Assembly: GCF_006345805.1 (NCBI RefSeq)
Contig: NC_043011.1
Coordinates: 35,538,464-35,602,463 of the forward strand
DNA length: 64,000 nucleotides
DNA from: Octopus sinensis
Lineage: Eukaryota
Reading direction: 5' to 3'
Made by a program: the position numbers and the translations under genes. A model generated the notes under the pieces. That model saw only the letters and a program-made list of their open reading frames with translations, was not told the DNA's origin and made no database searches. Shown here in pieces: positions 39,392 through 52,830 of the stretch (its first letter is position 1; every line of letters begins with the position of its first letter).

Positions 39392-39700
39392 TTGGGTTGT
39401 CCGGAAAGTCCGTGCCGATTTATAGTAGCTTACATTTCGACTAGTTTTAGAACATGGTTGAGTCCATAAAATAAGGTTTGACTACACCTCCATTTAGAGC
39501 ACAGTTTAAGCTATATCTTTGTGGAAGAAGGTTTATGTTTCTATAACCTGTGTTAATTCTGTAACCCTTTAAAATGGAAGATAAGAAAGTTCATTTTTAG
39601 CACTTGATGCTTCAGGAAACCAGACAAAAATTGCTGCAGCTCGGCTGGGATGTGTTACCCCACCGTCCGTATTCACCAGATATTGCTCCTTCGGATTTCC
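39392..39700 (+). mobile_element. Internally deleted mariner
   Basis: TA+ttgggttgtccggaaagtccgtgccgattt TIR. MEDKKVHF*HLML is joined directly to QETRQKLLQLGWDVLPHRPYSPDIAPSDFHL. A family D 3' part follows at 39740-39935. Confidence 0.85.
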
Positions 39701-40107
39701 ATTTATTATGAAATCGAATAGCTCTTCCCCCAAATTTCAGGCCTTGTGTCGGTGGAACGTAAAAAGCACCCACTACACTTTGAGTGGTTCGCGTTAGGAA
39801 GGGCATCCAGCTGTAGAAACATTGCTAAATCAGATTGGAGACTGGTGCAGCCTTCTGGCTCACCAGCCCTCAGTCAAACCGTCCAACCCTTGCCAGCATG
39901 GAAAGCAGACATTAAACGACGACGATGATAATGATGATGTGCTTATAGTAGAAAGCTGCTTTGGCTGTTATGCACCCCAGCCTTCTTCAGGTGTTTCATG
40001 TCAAAATGTCGTGAAACGCAGAGAGCGGAATAAGAACAGTGTACACCCAAGGATCAAATAAAGGGTTAGGTTTGAACTTCCAAAACAACAACTAAATTCA
40101 ACACAAG

Positions 40108-40150
40108 ACACCTGAAGATGGCTGGAACATACACCAGCTGAAATGTGGTC
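40108..40150 (+). ncRNA. Hammerhead-like motif in a PLE-type terminal repeat, with a partial inverted copy at 39977-39994
   Basis: acac-CTGAAGA-tggctgg-aacataca-ccagct-GAAAT. Same family style as 18777-18820. Confidence 0.6.
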
Positions 40151-40339
40151 AAATCAACAGTCAAAATGAAGACATCAGTCCGACTAACATAAACAATATA
40201 CATAATAGAAATTCTGGGGCTAATGCAGATTCCCATGTCACTTTGAAAAATGGATTTTTCTGAAAAAGTTTATTCAGATTCCTAAGTTTTACATGTCAGA
40301 GATTACAAATATGCAATAATAATAATAATAACAATAATC

Positions 40340-40603
40340 TTCAAAATTTTAACCCTTCCCCAAACAATTTTAATTGTATTGTTGTATATTTAAGTCTGGC
40401 AATTTCATTAAAGCAGGTATATAAAATGCACTTTCTATGTTCATTTGGCTATACTGTATAAATTATTGTTTCAATATTGTTAAAATCTCTATATTTCTCC
40501 ATTTTACATACCTGCTTTTAATGAAATTTCCACACTTTAATATACAACAGTACATTTAAAATTGGGGGTGGTTGTAGGTTGAGGTGATGGTTAAAATTTT
40601 GAA
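40340..40603. mobile_element. Fold-back or MITE, ~90-bp arms (possibly extending 40240-40642)
   Basis: aatttcattaaagcaggtatataaaatg mirrors cattttacatacctgcttttaatgaaatt; ttcaaaattttaacc mirrors ggttaaaattttgaa. Confidence 0.75.
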
Positions 40604-40805
40604 AATTTTTTTTTTGCATATTCGAAATGCATTTTTCAAGGTGAGATGCGAACATGCATTAGCCCCCAAAATACTTCATTTTCAGAAATATGACATACTT
40701 TTATTTATTTTTTTTTTTGCTGTTTTGTCAGGAACAGAAGAGCAGCTGCCTATGACCTTCTATTCTTTCAGGGGCCCAAAGACCTATGAGAAGAAAAGGT
40801 AAAAG

Positions 40806-41048
40806 TTATCTCTTGAGTCATACAGACTCATAAGGACCAGTTTTCTAGTTTCCATGATGTATAAATTACCCACCTGGATGGGACATCAGTCTACTGCAGG
40901 ATTACTCATTTTTGCCAGATGAATGAACTGGAGCAATGTGAAATGAAGTGTTTTGCTAAAGAACACAACACATCACCTAGTCCAGAAATTGAAACCACAA
41001 TTTTATGATCATGAGCCCAACACCTTAACCACTAAGCCACGGACCTCC
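40806..41048 (-). mobile_element. CORE-like tRNA SINE (further family); a related head is at 56262-56480 (+)
   Basis: The - strand has ggcttagtggttaagg..gtgttgtgttctttagcaaaacacttc, and the tail is similar to 26208-26300. Confidence 0.7.
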
Positions 41049-41296
41049 AGAGTGAATCTCACTAAAATTTTCCAAGAACTAATTGGCAGAGATAAACTGA
41101 GTGATAAATTAAGTCAAAATCCCAAAATTCAAAAAGTGTTTGCTAGAAATGAGTGTGTCCTCTACATCATACCCCTGTAACCTATTTAACCAAATGTCAT
41201 CTCCCTTGTTCCTTCTCCTGTCTACTGTATCATCATTACTATTCTGCTGTTCACACCCTCAAATGTTAAATAATGATAATGATGATAATATATGTC

Positions 41297-41328
<32 letters not shown>

Positions 41329-42383
41329 CGTGTATGTACTGTATAACCACTGATGCCATGTAAATAGCACTGGTGATGGTTCCATGTAAAAAGGTAAAAA
41401 GTACCGAATATACTCTGTTAGTGTTAGGAAGGTCATCCAGCTTTTGAAACCATTCCAAAGCAGACAGTGAACCTTGGAGCAGTCTACTGATTTGCCATCT
41501 GTCAAATTATCCAACCCATGCCAGCATGGAAAATGGATGTTAAACAATAATGGTGACACGTCTTTGTGTGTATGTGTGTACATCAATGTGTACATCATAA
41601 GAGTTTAGAAACACAAAGTGGATAAAGCTATTAACAAGGGGAGGTAAGTATTGGGTTAAGCAACCTCTTGGATGGAACAAGTCAAGAGAGAAAGAAAGAA
41701 ACAGAGAGAGAAAGAGAGAGAGAGGGAGAGAAGGGTGAATATGTGACAGATATAGATATAGTCACATTCTGAATACCAATACACACGAAGGAGTTAATTT
41801 ATTAATTCTGTACAAGAAAATATATCTCATTCTGTTTTATTCTCAAGCAATTTTAGAGCTATCTATGAAAACAGTCTGATTACAATAACCAATGTAATTC
41901 TAATTAGAAATTTGGAGTGTTGCATTACGCTCAAATATAAAAGCAAATAGATACAACAATGAAATTGTGAAAACAAATATACTGAAGGAAGTAACCCCGA
42001 GACATCTAATAACTAATGTATACGTTTCATTACCTGCAGCTTTGAGCCACCATGTGTGTAGTGCATACATCCACTGACAATTGTTAATTCTATTTGCATA
42101 TTGTTGGTGTGTGTGTGTGGTTGGTTATGCATTCTATTGTTTGAAAGTAATTACTCAAACTATTGCAGTTTGAAACACGAAAGATTATATTATGGACATA
42201 TAGGTGTAGGCATGGCGGTGTGGGAGGAAGCCTTCTTTCTGGCCACATGGTTGTGGGTTCTGTCCCACTGCATGGCACCTTGCACAACTGTCTTCCACTA
42301 CAGCGTTGGGCTGACCAAAGCCTTGTGAGTGGATTTGGTAGACAGAAACTGAAAGAAGCCCATCATATATATATATATATAGC

Positions 42384-42995
42384 CACAGGAGTGGCTGTGT
42401 GGTCAGTAGCTTGCTTACCAACTACATGGTCCCAGGTTCAGTCCAACTGCATGGCACCTTGGGCAAATGTCTTCTATTATAGCCTTAGGCTGACCAAAGC
42501 CATGTAAGTGGATTTGGTAGACAGAAACTGAAAGGCTGTGAGCTGGCAGTAACGTTAGCATGCCGGGCAAAATGCTTAGCGGTATTTCGTCTGCTTTTAC
42601 ATTCTGAGTTCAAATTCCACTGAGGTCAACTTTGCCTTTCATTCTTTCAGGGTCAATAAATTAAGTACCAGTTATACACTGGGGTCGATGTAATCGACTT
42701 AATCCCTTTGTCCTTGTTTGTCCCCTCTATGTTTAGCCCCTTGTGGGCAAAAAAGAAATAAGAAACTGAAAGAAGCCCATTGTATATATATGTGTGTGTG
42801 TGGTGTGTGTGTGTGTATGCTTGTGTGTTTACATCCCTGTAACCTAGCGGTTCAGCAAAAAAGGCTGATAGAATAAGTACTAGGCTTACAAAAAATTGGG
42901 TTGATTTGTTTGACTAAAGTTAGTGCTCCCGCATGGCTACAGTCAAATGACTGAAGCAAGTAAGAGAATAAAAGAATAAAAGAATAAAAGAATAT
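42384..42995 (+). mobile_element. SINE A interrupted by SINE B (42535-42760), preceded by a SINE A 5' part at 42200-42375
   Basis: 12-bp TSD agaaactgaaag at 42523-42534 and 42761-42772. SINE A resumes with aagcccattg. Confidence 0.9.
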
Positions 42996-43334
42996 GCAAA
43001 GTATGAAAATAAATATTCAATGTTCAACCACGAAGTAAAAATATGGATGCATGAAAGTGATGTAATGCTAATACTACAAAATTTCAAATCATAAACATTC
43101 AAATGTAAAAACCATCAACTCTTAAGTGTTAAAGCTCCTTTATCGATTTTAATACTTATTTATTCACATTGTTTTGAATTAATCCTGTATTATCTCATAG
43201 CTTTGGAATTCACAATGATGTAATGGTTTAGTTTTAGAAAGACAACGAAGGGCAGGTGTGAGAGGCCAGATCTAGCTGGTTTGAACACAAAACAGGTAAA
43301 GTATTTGGGCTGGATATGGCCAGTTTAAATGCTT

Positions 43335-43545
43335 AAGTGTGTCTGTGTTTGTCCCCCTAGCGTTGCTTGACAACCGATGCTGGTGTGTTTATGTCCCCGT
43401 TACTTAGCGGTTCGGCAAAAGAGACCGATAGAATAAGTACTGGGCTTACAAAAGAATAAGTCCCGGGGTCGAGTTGCTCGATTAAAGGCGGTGCTCCAGC
43501 ATGGCTGCAGTCAAATGACTGAAACAAGTAAAAGAGTAAAGAGAT
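43335..43545 (+). mobile_element. SINE A 3' half, CpG-rich young copy
   Basis: Near-identical to 55430-55638. Confidence 0.9.
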
Positions 43546-44539
43546 ATGTAACAGAATGAAATTTATCAGTGAACCTTAGCAACAAAAGTTAGGTCATCAC
43601 ATTATATCTAATATTGTATTATAGTATTTAATACTGTATTTATAATATTAAATGCTGTTGTTATGTACTTTACTTAAGGTTAATTTAACATCTATTTTGA
43701 ATGCTGGCATGCATTGGAAAGTTTTACAGGAGTTGGCAAATAAGTAGACTGCTCCAAGCTCTACTGTTTGTCTTGGCATGGTTTCAACAGCTGGATGCTC
43801 TTCCTGATGCTAACGAAGTGTACTGGGTGCTATTTACATAGCACCAGTAGTTATATAATACACACACACACACAACCATATTACATCATCGTTATCATAA
43901 TTTAACGTCTATTTTCCATGCTGGCATGGGTTGGATAGTTTGACAGGAGTTCCCTAAGGAGCATAGACCATCAACAGTTTTTCTTGACTGTTTTTGACTC
44001 TAGGCTGTTCTTTCTGCTTCTCTCTTGTTACATCCCAGCTATATCATCTCTGCCACAGTATCTCACTTCCAGTTATTTTTAGGACATCCTCCCTTTCACT
44101 TCCTTTGAAAGATCATATCTTTATCCGAGGATAGGCCTTACTATTCCACATCTTCAATTGTCATCAATGCTTCTGTAACTTTGCTGTTTTTCTAAGTAGG
44201 GGCATTGGAACAAACCCATGCTTACTTCTGGCAAGTGGTGGTCCATATTAATCTCGCTTCTGACCATTGGCCTGTTCAGCATGAGAGATCCTACATACTA
44301 GGAGCTTGCACTTCACTGGCATAATTTCCAAGTTCTTTGAGACACACAAGCTATCACAGTACAACCAGGACTGGACCTTGTGGTAGAAATACAGAAGTAC
44401 TCAGAAGAGAGTACTTCAGTCCAGCACTGTAGCACACCATGTGGAAAAAGTCACCATATATCTATCACTGGATGGGATGTGACTTGAGGGAGATTTAGCC
44501 ACTGTTTCTTGGGAATTGTTTCCATTTATCTTTTATGTA

Positions 44540-44977
44540 TCTTTTGCATGTTTCAGTCCTTAGACTGTGGCCATGCTGGAGTCCCACCTTGAAGAACATT
44601 TTGATTAAATGAATCGACCCCAGTAATTATTATATTTTAAAGCCTGGTACTTACTCTTTGTGCAGAACCACTAAATTATGGGAATGTAAACAAACCAGCA
44701 CTGGTTGTCAAGTGTGGTGGTGGTGGTGGTGGTGGGGACAAACGTAGACACAAAGACATACACCCCCCTCACAGACACACTCACACACACACACACACAC
44801 ACACACACAAGTGCACGCTATGGGCTTTGCCCAATTTCTGTCAACCAAATACACTCACAAGGCTTTGGTTGGCCCCAGGGCTATAGAAGAAAAACACTTG
44901 CCCATGGTACCCTGCAATGAGACTGAACTCAGAACCATGTGGTTGGGAAGTACACTTCTTACCACACAGCCACGCCT
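44540..44977 (-). mobile_element. SINE family A variant
   Basis: Head and tail motifs on the - strand. Confidence 0.8.
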
Positions 44978-45235
44978 TTACAGAGTAAAAAATAAAACTA
45001 CCTAATTTTCTCATTGCTATTTATTTCAACTTGGTTTTTTCATTTTTTTGTGTTTTCCAAAAATAGGGGTGAGTTTTACCCACTACTGGTTTATGGCATG
45101 CATCTCCTGTTACACTAAGTGGGGCTGTAAATAAACCATTAATATATAAACGAACTAAGATGAATATTTGCAAAACATTATAAGAATAAAACTGGATTGT
45201 GATGAATCTTGTGTCTTTTTTCTTTTTTACCTTAG

Positions 45236-45265
45236 GTTAATGGGTTAAACATTGAAATCTTCTGA
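45236..45265 (+). CDS. Weak candidate terminal exon VNGLNIEIF*
   Basis: Strong polypyrimidine acceptor tcttgtgtctttttcttttttaccttag|. Only phase 0 is open beyond 3 codons. No other support. Confidence 0.15.
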   Translation, partial: VNGLNIEIF

Positions 45266-45617
45266 GACCTTTGTTGCTAAGAAGAACTAAAAAAAAAAAG
45301 AACATTAAAAAAAAAATCTAAGTTTAGTCTTATTTTAATTCTTGGAAGTAAATATCTTTAAGTGAGCAGAGCTTTGTGCCACATGACCTCACAGTGAGCA
45401 TCAATAATAATAATAATAATAAAAATAATAATAATAATAATAACAACAACAACAACAACAACAACAATAATAATGACAATAATAATAATAATAACAATAA
45501 TAATAACAATAACGATGACAACAACACAACAATAATAATGACAATAATAATAATAATAACAATAATAACAACAACAACAACAACAACAATAATAATGACA
45601 ATAATAATAATAATAAC

Positions 45618-45678
<61 letters not shown>

Positions 45679-45918
45679 TTGATAATAATAGCAATAATGA
45701 AAATAACGACAACAATGATGATGATGACGACGATGATGGTGATGATCATGATTATGATGATGATGATGATGATGATGGTGGTGGATTCAGCAATATTAAC
45801 TGGTTCTTTCTCAAGTGTATAGTCTCATTAAAAGAAATAAAATCACAGATGAAATTTTACATTAAATTTTTTCTTCATCTTCAAACCAATTACTGCAATA
45901 TGAGCATCTATCTATCCG

Positions 45919-45971
<53 letters not shown>

Positions 45972-46228
45972 CATCTATCTATCTATCTATCCATCTATCT
46001 ATCTATCTATCCATCTACATACATATATATATGTATTATATTGTATATAATATATATATATATATATATAATATATATATATATATGTATAGACACACAT
46101 ATATATGTATATATATATGCATATATATATTTGTATATATATGTATACACACCACTCACATATATTTATTTATAAGTATGTATATACACATAAGTATTTA
46201 TATACAAATATCATCATCATCATCGTTT

Positions 46229-46267
<39 letters not shown>

Positions 46268-46561
46268 CAATACATATATATATATATTATATATTTATAT
46301 ATATGTATGTATGTATGTATGTACATACATCCGTACATATGTATATATGTATGCATGTATTTTTACTCCTATTTTTCCATCAGAAACTTTCCTGAGTGTC
46401 AGTCTAATATATTCACTGTGTATATCCAATTGACTTTTGTTGTTTTTCCATTATTTTGTTTGTGCTCTAGAATTTGCCTATATATATATTATATATATAT
46501 ACTGCCATAATATATATAACTTTATATATATAAAGTTATATATATATGTATGTATATGTAT

Positions 46562-46610
<49 letters not shown>

Positions 46611-47602
46611 TATATAAGTGTATATATATATATATATATAGATATAAGTATATATAATATATATATATATATAAGTATATATATAGATATATATATAGAT
46701 ATAAGTAGAACTTTAATATATATAGGCAATTTCTTGAGCACTAACAAAATAACAGAAAAACAACAAAAGTCAATTATATATATATATTTATATATAGAGA
46801 TAAAGTTATATATATGTATATATGTGTGTATACATATATATATATATATAAGGTTATTTCTCTGAAAATTATTAAGTGAACTCAAAAGCAAAGAATCTCA
46901 CAGTAGAAACTTTATGCACCTAATTGGAAATGCGCCCCCAGTCCATACGTAACCTACATACACTACCATCACCATGTCATCAGCTATCAGTGCTATTACC
47001 ATAACAACCAAACAACCAAACAAAAGAACAAACAAACAAAACATGGAACAAAATTTTGGTTAAAAAAAAAGACCTGGTTGCAGTGTATGGAAGTGGAAAT
47101 GCAGTGTACATTCTTTAACAGAGATTCCTGGGGAATGAGAAATGAGTTCCTTCTCTCGCTACTGCCATGATGATTAAGCTCAGTTGAACAGGTCATCCAG
47201 TTTGGAACTGTGCAGTCCTTTTGAAATTTCTAATCAATTAATTTCTCCGAGTTTCCTTTTCTGTAATATATTCTGGCTGATAAACATTAATAAACACACA
47301 TACATGCACACACGCACACATACACACACAAACACACACACACACACACATGCATACATGTACACATACATACATATATGTATGTAAGCAATATATAATA
47401 CTGTACACTTTGATTAATATATATATATGAATATATATGTATATATATGAATTTGGTGTGTGTTATGTTCTATTACGTGATATATGAAAAAATGCAAAAA
47501 CAAACGATGTAACATATACGGAATGTAAAAACATATTGTCGTTTGTTTATATATTTATATATACACATATGTATATATATATGTATATATGTATATATAT
47601 AT

Positions 47603-47636
<34 letters not shown>

Positions 47637-47676
47637 ACTAACAAACTATATATATATACATAGATAGGAATATATC

Positions 47677-47902
47677 TATTTCTTTTCTACCCACAAGGGG
47701 CTAAACATAGAAGGACAAACAAGGACATACAACGATTAAGTCGATTATATCGACCCCAGTGCGAAACTGGTACTTTATTTATCGACCCCGAAAGGATTAA
47801 AGCAAAGTCGACCTCGGCGGAATTTGAACTCAAACCGTAATGCAACAAATACGGCTACGCATTTCGCCCTGCCACTAACGTTTCTGCCCAGCTCGCCACC
47901 CT
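47677..47902 (-). mobile_element. SINE family B with 12-bp TSD
   Basis: taggaatatatc at 47665-47676 and 47903-47914. Confidence 0.9.
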
Positions 47903-47984
47903 TAGGAATATATCAGCACATAAGTATATACTTATATATACACATACATGAATATAAATTCAAGTGTGTTTGTGTGTATGTATG

Positions 47985-48019
<35 letters not shown>

Positions 48020-48127
48020 ATATATATATGTATATTTTACATATACACACACATATATAGATATAACTTACTTGGTAAAGGATATGTGGCGTGCAATAAT
48101 AATAATATATAAATAATATATATATAT

Positions 48128-49255
48128 CATCATCATCATCATCATCATCATCATTTAGCGTCCGTTTTCCATGCTAGCATGGGTTGGACGGTTCAACTAG
48201 GGTCTGGGGAGCCCGAAGGCTGCACCAGGCGTCAGATCTGGCAGTGTTTCTACAGCTGGATGCCCTTCCTAACGCCAACCACTCCGAGAGTGTAGTGGTG
48301 ATTTTATGTTTGCCACCGACACAGGTGCCAGACGAGGCTGGCGAACGGCCACGCTCGGATGGTGTTTTTATGTGCCACCGACACAGGTGCCAGACGAGGC
48401 TGGCAGACGGCCACGCTCGATGGTGTTTTTATGTGCCACCGACACAGGTGCCAGAATGAGGCTGGCGGATGGCCACGATCGGATGGTGTTTGTTTACGTC
48501 CCCAAAGCACGGAGGCCAGTCTATGCGGTACTGGCTACGGCCACGTTCGGATGATTTTCTTGTGTGCCACCGGCACTGGTACCACAAAGATACAATTCCA
48601 TTGATGTTCATCCATTTTGATTTGTTTTGATTTGATTTTCACTTGCCTCAACAGGTCTTCACAAGTGTCACTAAAGAAGGTATGCACAGGTGGACTGACT
48701 ACGTCCCAGGTAGGGGCCACGGGTTATGGCCTGACTAGTCTTGCCGGGTCTTCGATGGTGTTTTTATGTGCCCCACCGACACAGTGCCAGATGAGGCGGC
48801 GAACGGCCACGATCGGATGTGTTTGTTACGTGCCCACAGCACGGAAGCCAGTCGATGCGGTACTGGCTACGGCCACGTTCGGATGGTTTTCTCTTTTGTG
48901 TGCCACCAGCACTGGTACACAAAGATACAAATTCCATTGATGTTCATCTATTTTGATTTGATTTGATTTGATTTTCACCTTGCCTCAACAGGTCTTCACA
49001 GGTCTTCACAAGTGTCACAGGAAGGAGGAGGTATGCACAGGACTGACTACGTCCCAAGTAGGGGCCACGGTTAATGGCCTGACTAGTCTTGCCGGGTCTT
49101 CGGTTGTGTTTTTATGTGCCACGCGACACAGGTGCCATGAGGCTGGCGAACGGCCACGATCGTATGGTGTTTGTTATGTGCCCACGTCACAGAGGCCAGT
49201 CGATGCGGTACTGGCTACGGCCACGTTCGGATGGTTTTCTTGTGTGCCAACGGTA
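48128..49255 (-). mobile_element. Family D retroposon with 61-bp array plus two further head-to-tail partial copies
   Basis: The blocks tactggctacggccacgttcggatg (x3), acttgcctcaacaggtcttcac (x2) and ggtatgcacagg..ctgactagtcttgccgggtcttc (x2) repeat in order. Confidence 0.9.
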
Positions 49256-49805
49256 CATGCATATATACATACACATATATATATACATGCATATACATAC
49301 ACATATATATATACATGCATATATACATACACATATGTATACATACATGTATACGCATATACATATAAATATGTGGGCACAGGACGTCACAAAACATAAA
49401 CAACAAAAATACGAAATATGAGGACATGAAATAAGGGCATTTTTTGCAAGCAATGAAAGAAACAAATGGAAAACAACACAAGCAACACAATGAGCGACCC
49501 TTCATCAGTTGTCGGCTGTTTATCTAATCCATATTTTGAGCAATTCATGATAAGATACATCCTCGACAAAACAGTTGCTCCCACAAAGCAAAATAAATAA
49601 TGTTTGAGATTTTGCGGAGGGTCAAGATTGGTGACAAAAACAAGATTCACATACGCATATCTATATATATATGTAAAATTGTGTCCACTTTTCCATGATT
49701 GTATGGTCAGATGGAATTTGTTGAGGCAGATTTTTCTATGGTTAGCTACCATTCCTATCACCAACCCTCACCTTCTTCTCATCAAGGCTTACCTTTAGTG
49801 ACATA

Positions 49806-50887
49806 TCGGGTTGGTTAAAATTTTAAGCAAAAATTAAGACAGATGTTTTAAACACACAGTGATTTATTGAATCAACGATACATATACAGTTTTGTTCCAG
49901 TATCTTCTGCTATCTTTGGGGCAGATCCGTTATTTTATGTTCAAAGAACTTCCTGTTTTTACTGGTGTAAAATTTTTGTGGGGAATTTTTACATTATCTC
50001 CAGAGTTGAACATCTAGTGATTCAGTGAATTTTGAAGAGACTGAAACAGGTGGACACTTGAAAGCACAAGACTGGGTCCATATGGAGGGCACAGTAAAAC
50101 TTCTCAGCCAAACCTCAGTAATTTCTGCCATGTCCTCAAGGAAGGGTTTGGTCTGGAATAGTTGGGATGAAGAATAATGTCCTTATGATTAGCAAATGCT
50201 GAACACTTCTGGTGGATCACTACATTTAATTTGTTCAGCTGGTCGCAGTACACATCTGAATTTATGGTCCTGGTCAGGAAAAGAAGCTTGTAAAAGACAA
50301 ACAACCTTCCAATCCAACCAAATCGAAAGCATAACCTTCTTTAGGTGAAGTTCTGCTTTGGATGTTATTTGTGGTGATTTGCTCTGCTTCCTCCATGATT
50401 GTCTGCACTTCAAATTTTTATAGATGATTTATTTTTCATCCCCTGACATTATTCTCTTCAAAAAAAGATAATTTATTCATAGTTCTGCTATGAATTTCAA
50501 ATCGAAATCCATTGATGACGTTAGCCACATTGAGTTGATGTGGGATTCAAGCATTGAGCTTGTTGACACGACCAGGTTGATGCAGATGGTTTTCAACACT
50601 TGATTTGAATATTTGGGAATATTTTGGAAATACCTGTGCTCATCTTGGTCATATAACAGAGGTTGGTGCCAATGTTAATCTCACTTGATCAGCTAGATAG
50701 AGGTGCATCTTGAACCAATATATTTCCTAATCAAAATCTTGAAAACCTCTTATGTACCATAACAGCATTCGCTCTGCACACAGTGTATATATTCATGTGG
50801 GATTTTTATTTTGCTTTCTTGTTTTTTTTTAAAATAAAAAAGCTTTTAGTGTCAACAAAAATTTAAAAAAATTTTTGACCCACCCAA
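49806..50887 (-). mobile_element. Degenerate near-full-length mariner
   Basis: The - frames give KAELHLKKVMLSIWLDWK and TINSDVYCDQLNKL..KDIILHPNYSRP. TIR-like ends tcgggttggttaaaatt / aatttttgacccacccaa. Confidence 0.8.
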
Positions 50888-51108
50888 TTCATCATTGAAT
50901 GATATGAACATATAAAAGGGTAAAACATCCTTTGGTCACGAATGATCATGGGATTGCATCTACAAAGTTCCCTTCCAAGGCACATGTCTGGGCAAGGTTG
51001 TTTATGGAAGACCAGCAGAACAAAACACTTGGACTGGTCTCAGAATTGAACTCACTACTTCATGATTGTGAGCCCAAACACTCTAATCATTGAGCCATGC
51101 ACCACCTG

Positions 51109-51144
<36 letters not shown>

Positions 51145-51256
51145 ACTATTATATATATATATATAGCTATATATATATATAATATATATATAATATATAA
51201 TATATAGATAATATATATATATATATAATATATAAATATTATATATATAATATATA

Positions 51257-51300
<44 letters not shown>

Positions 51301-51639
51301 TATATATATATATTCAGATGAATATGGTACTTAAGGTGAAGGCACCAGAATTTAGTATGGTATTATCCATATAATTTAAAATAAGGTGATTATAATCAAA
51401 GTAGGCACCAAGGATATCCAAAGGTAATATATTACCTCTGGATATCCTACTTGTCTGACCATCCCATAGGCCTCCCCTTTGAGAAACACTGATTTAACCT
51501 AAATTTGAGACACCATTAAAAGAAGAAATAAAGACAGACTTTTTTCTATTCCAAAGAAAAACGATTTATTCACACAAATATGCAACTGAAGAGTTACATA
51601 TCTCTTTTGCATTTTACTTTTTTGGTCTCTTAAATATAC

Positions 51640-51918
51640 TGCCTTTTGTGGCATTATTTCAAGCCAGCCGGCTGTTTTTGTGCGAACTGCACATGCATCG
51701 ATCGCAACAGATAATGTACTTGCGCGTACAAATGCACGTTCCCACGGCTTTATCGATCACATTCTCACCTGGAATCGATTTTTGTAACTTTTTCAAGACT
51801 TATACTCACCCCGATATCGTCAGTATCTACATATCAAATTTGAGCGCAATCGGATGGAGGATGCCCGAGATCCTAGAAGACACACACACAGACAAAACGG
51901 ATTTCATATAATATATAT

Positions 51919-51949
<31 letters not shown>

Positions 51950-51960
51950 ATATATATACA
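51640..51960 (-). mobile_element. Helitron/DINE-like 5' fragment
   Basis: The - strand reads (TA)n-gaaatccgttttgtctgtgtgtgtgtcttctaggatctcgggcatcctccatccgattgcgctcaaatttgatatg, resembling such 5' regions. The 3' CTAG end was not found. Confidence 0.4.
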
Positions 51961-52561
51961 CATTCACACACACTATAGGTTTTGTCATAGCTTTACCAAT
52001 TTCTAGCAATGAAGCATTAGTTGACCTGAGACTCTAGTGGAAAATAAAATATTTTCATAAGGTGTTGCACAGCAGACTTGAATTCAGAAACACATGGTTG
52101 CAAAGAAGATTGCTAAAACCACATAGCTAAACCACACACCTTACTGCTGAACATACAGAAATCGGCATTGAAAGTCATGAGTAAGTGATATAACACTTTT
52201 GGTGATACTGGTAAATAATTCTGAGAAGAAAGATTTTTCTTAATATCTGAATATGGTTCAGACCTTCAAGATATAAGAACAATAACAATTCATTATGGAA
52301 CACAATCTGAAGATTACTTGAAAGAGAGAGTGAGAGAGGCAGAGACAGAGGGATAGAGAGAGAAAGAGAGAGAAAGAGAGAGAGAGTAAGAGAGACAGTG
52401 GTACTATTTTGTCTATCAGACACCATGTCCGCAGGCATCAAGTACACAATTGTTTTTGGTGTTGATGATGTCATTGTTGTTCAAGAAGATGAATAACAAC
52501 TAAAGCTGCTGCTACTGCTACTGCTACTATCATTACTACTACTACTACTGCTAGCATAATA

Positions 52562-52661
52562 NNNNNNNNNNNNNNNNNNNNNNNNNNNNNNNNNNNNNNN
52601 NNNNNNNNNNNNNNNNNNNNNNNNNNNNNNNNNNNNNNNNNNNNNNNNNNNNNNNNNNNNN
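52562..52661. other. Assembly gap (100 N)
   Basis: Direct. The right side begins inside a family D copy (52662-52827) just where its tandem array would lie. Confidence 1.
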
Positions 52662-52830
52662 ACTACACTCTCGGAGTGGTTGGCGTTAGGAAGGGCATCC
52701 AGCTGTAGAAAACACTGCCAGATCTGACTGGCCTGGTGCAGCCTTCGGGCTCCCCAGACCCCAGTTGAACCGTCCACCCATGCTAGCATGGAAACGGACG
52801 CTAAATGATGATGATGATGATGATGATATA

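Noticed and set aside
43960-44460. Degraded RTE-like coding sequence (also about 19000-19310)
   Set aside because: Only a faint resemblance to the GRP..W motif region, too decayed to call.
49490-49520. CTGATGA motifs at about 49510(-) and 57378(+) as hammerheads
   Set aside because: No stem II followed by GAAA in the right position, so they are not counted among the seven.
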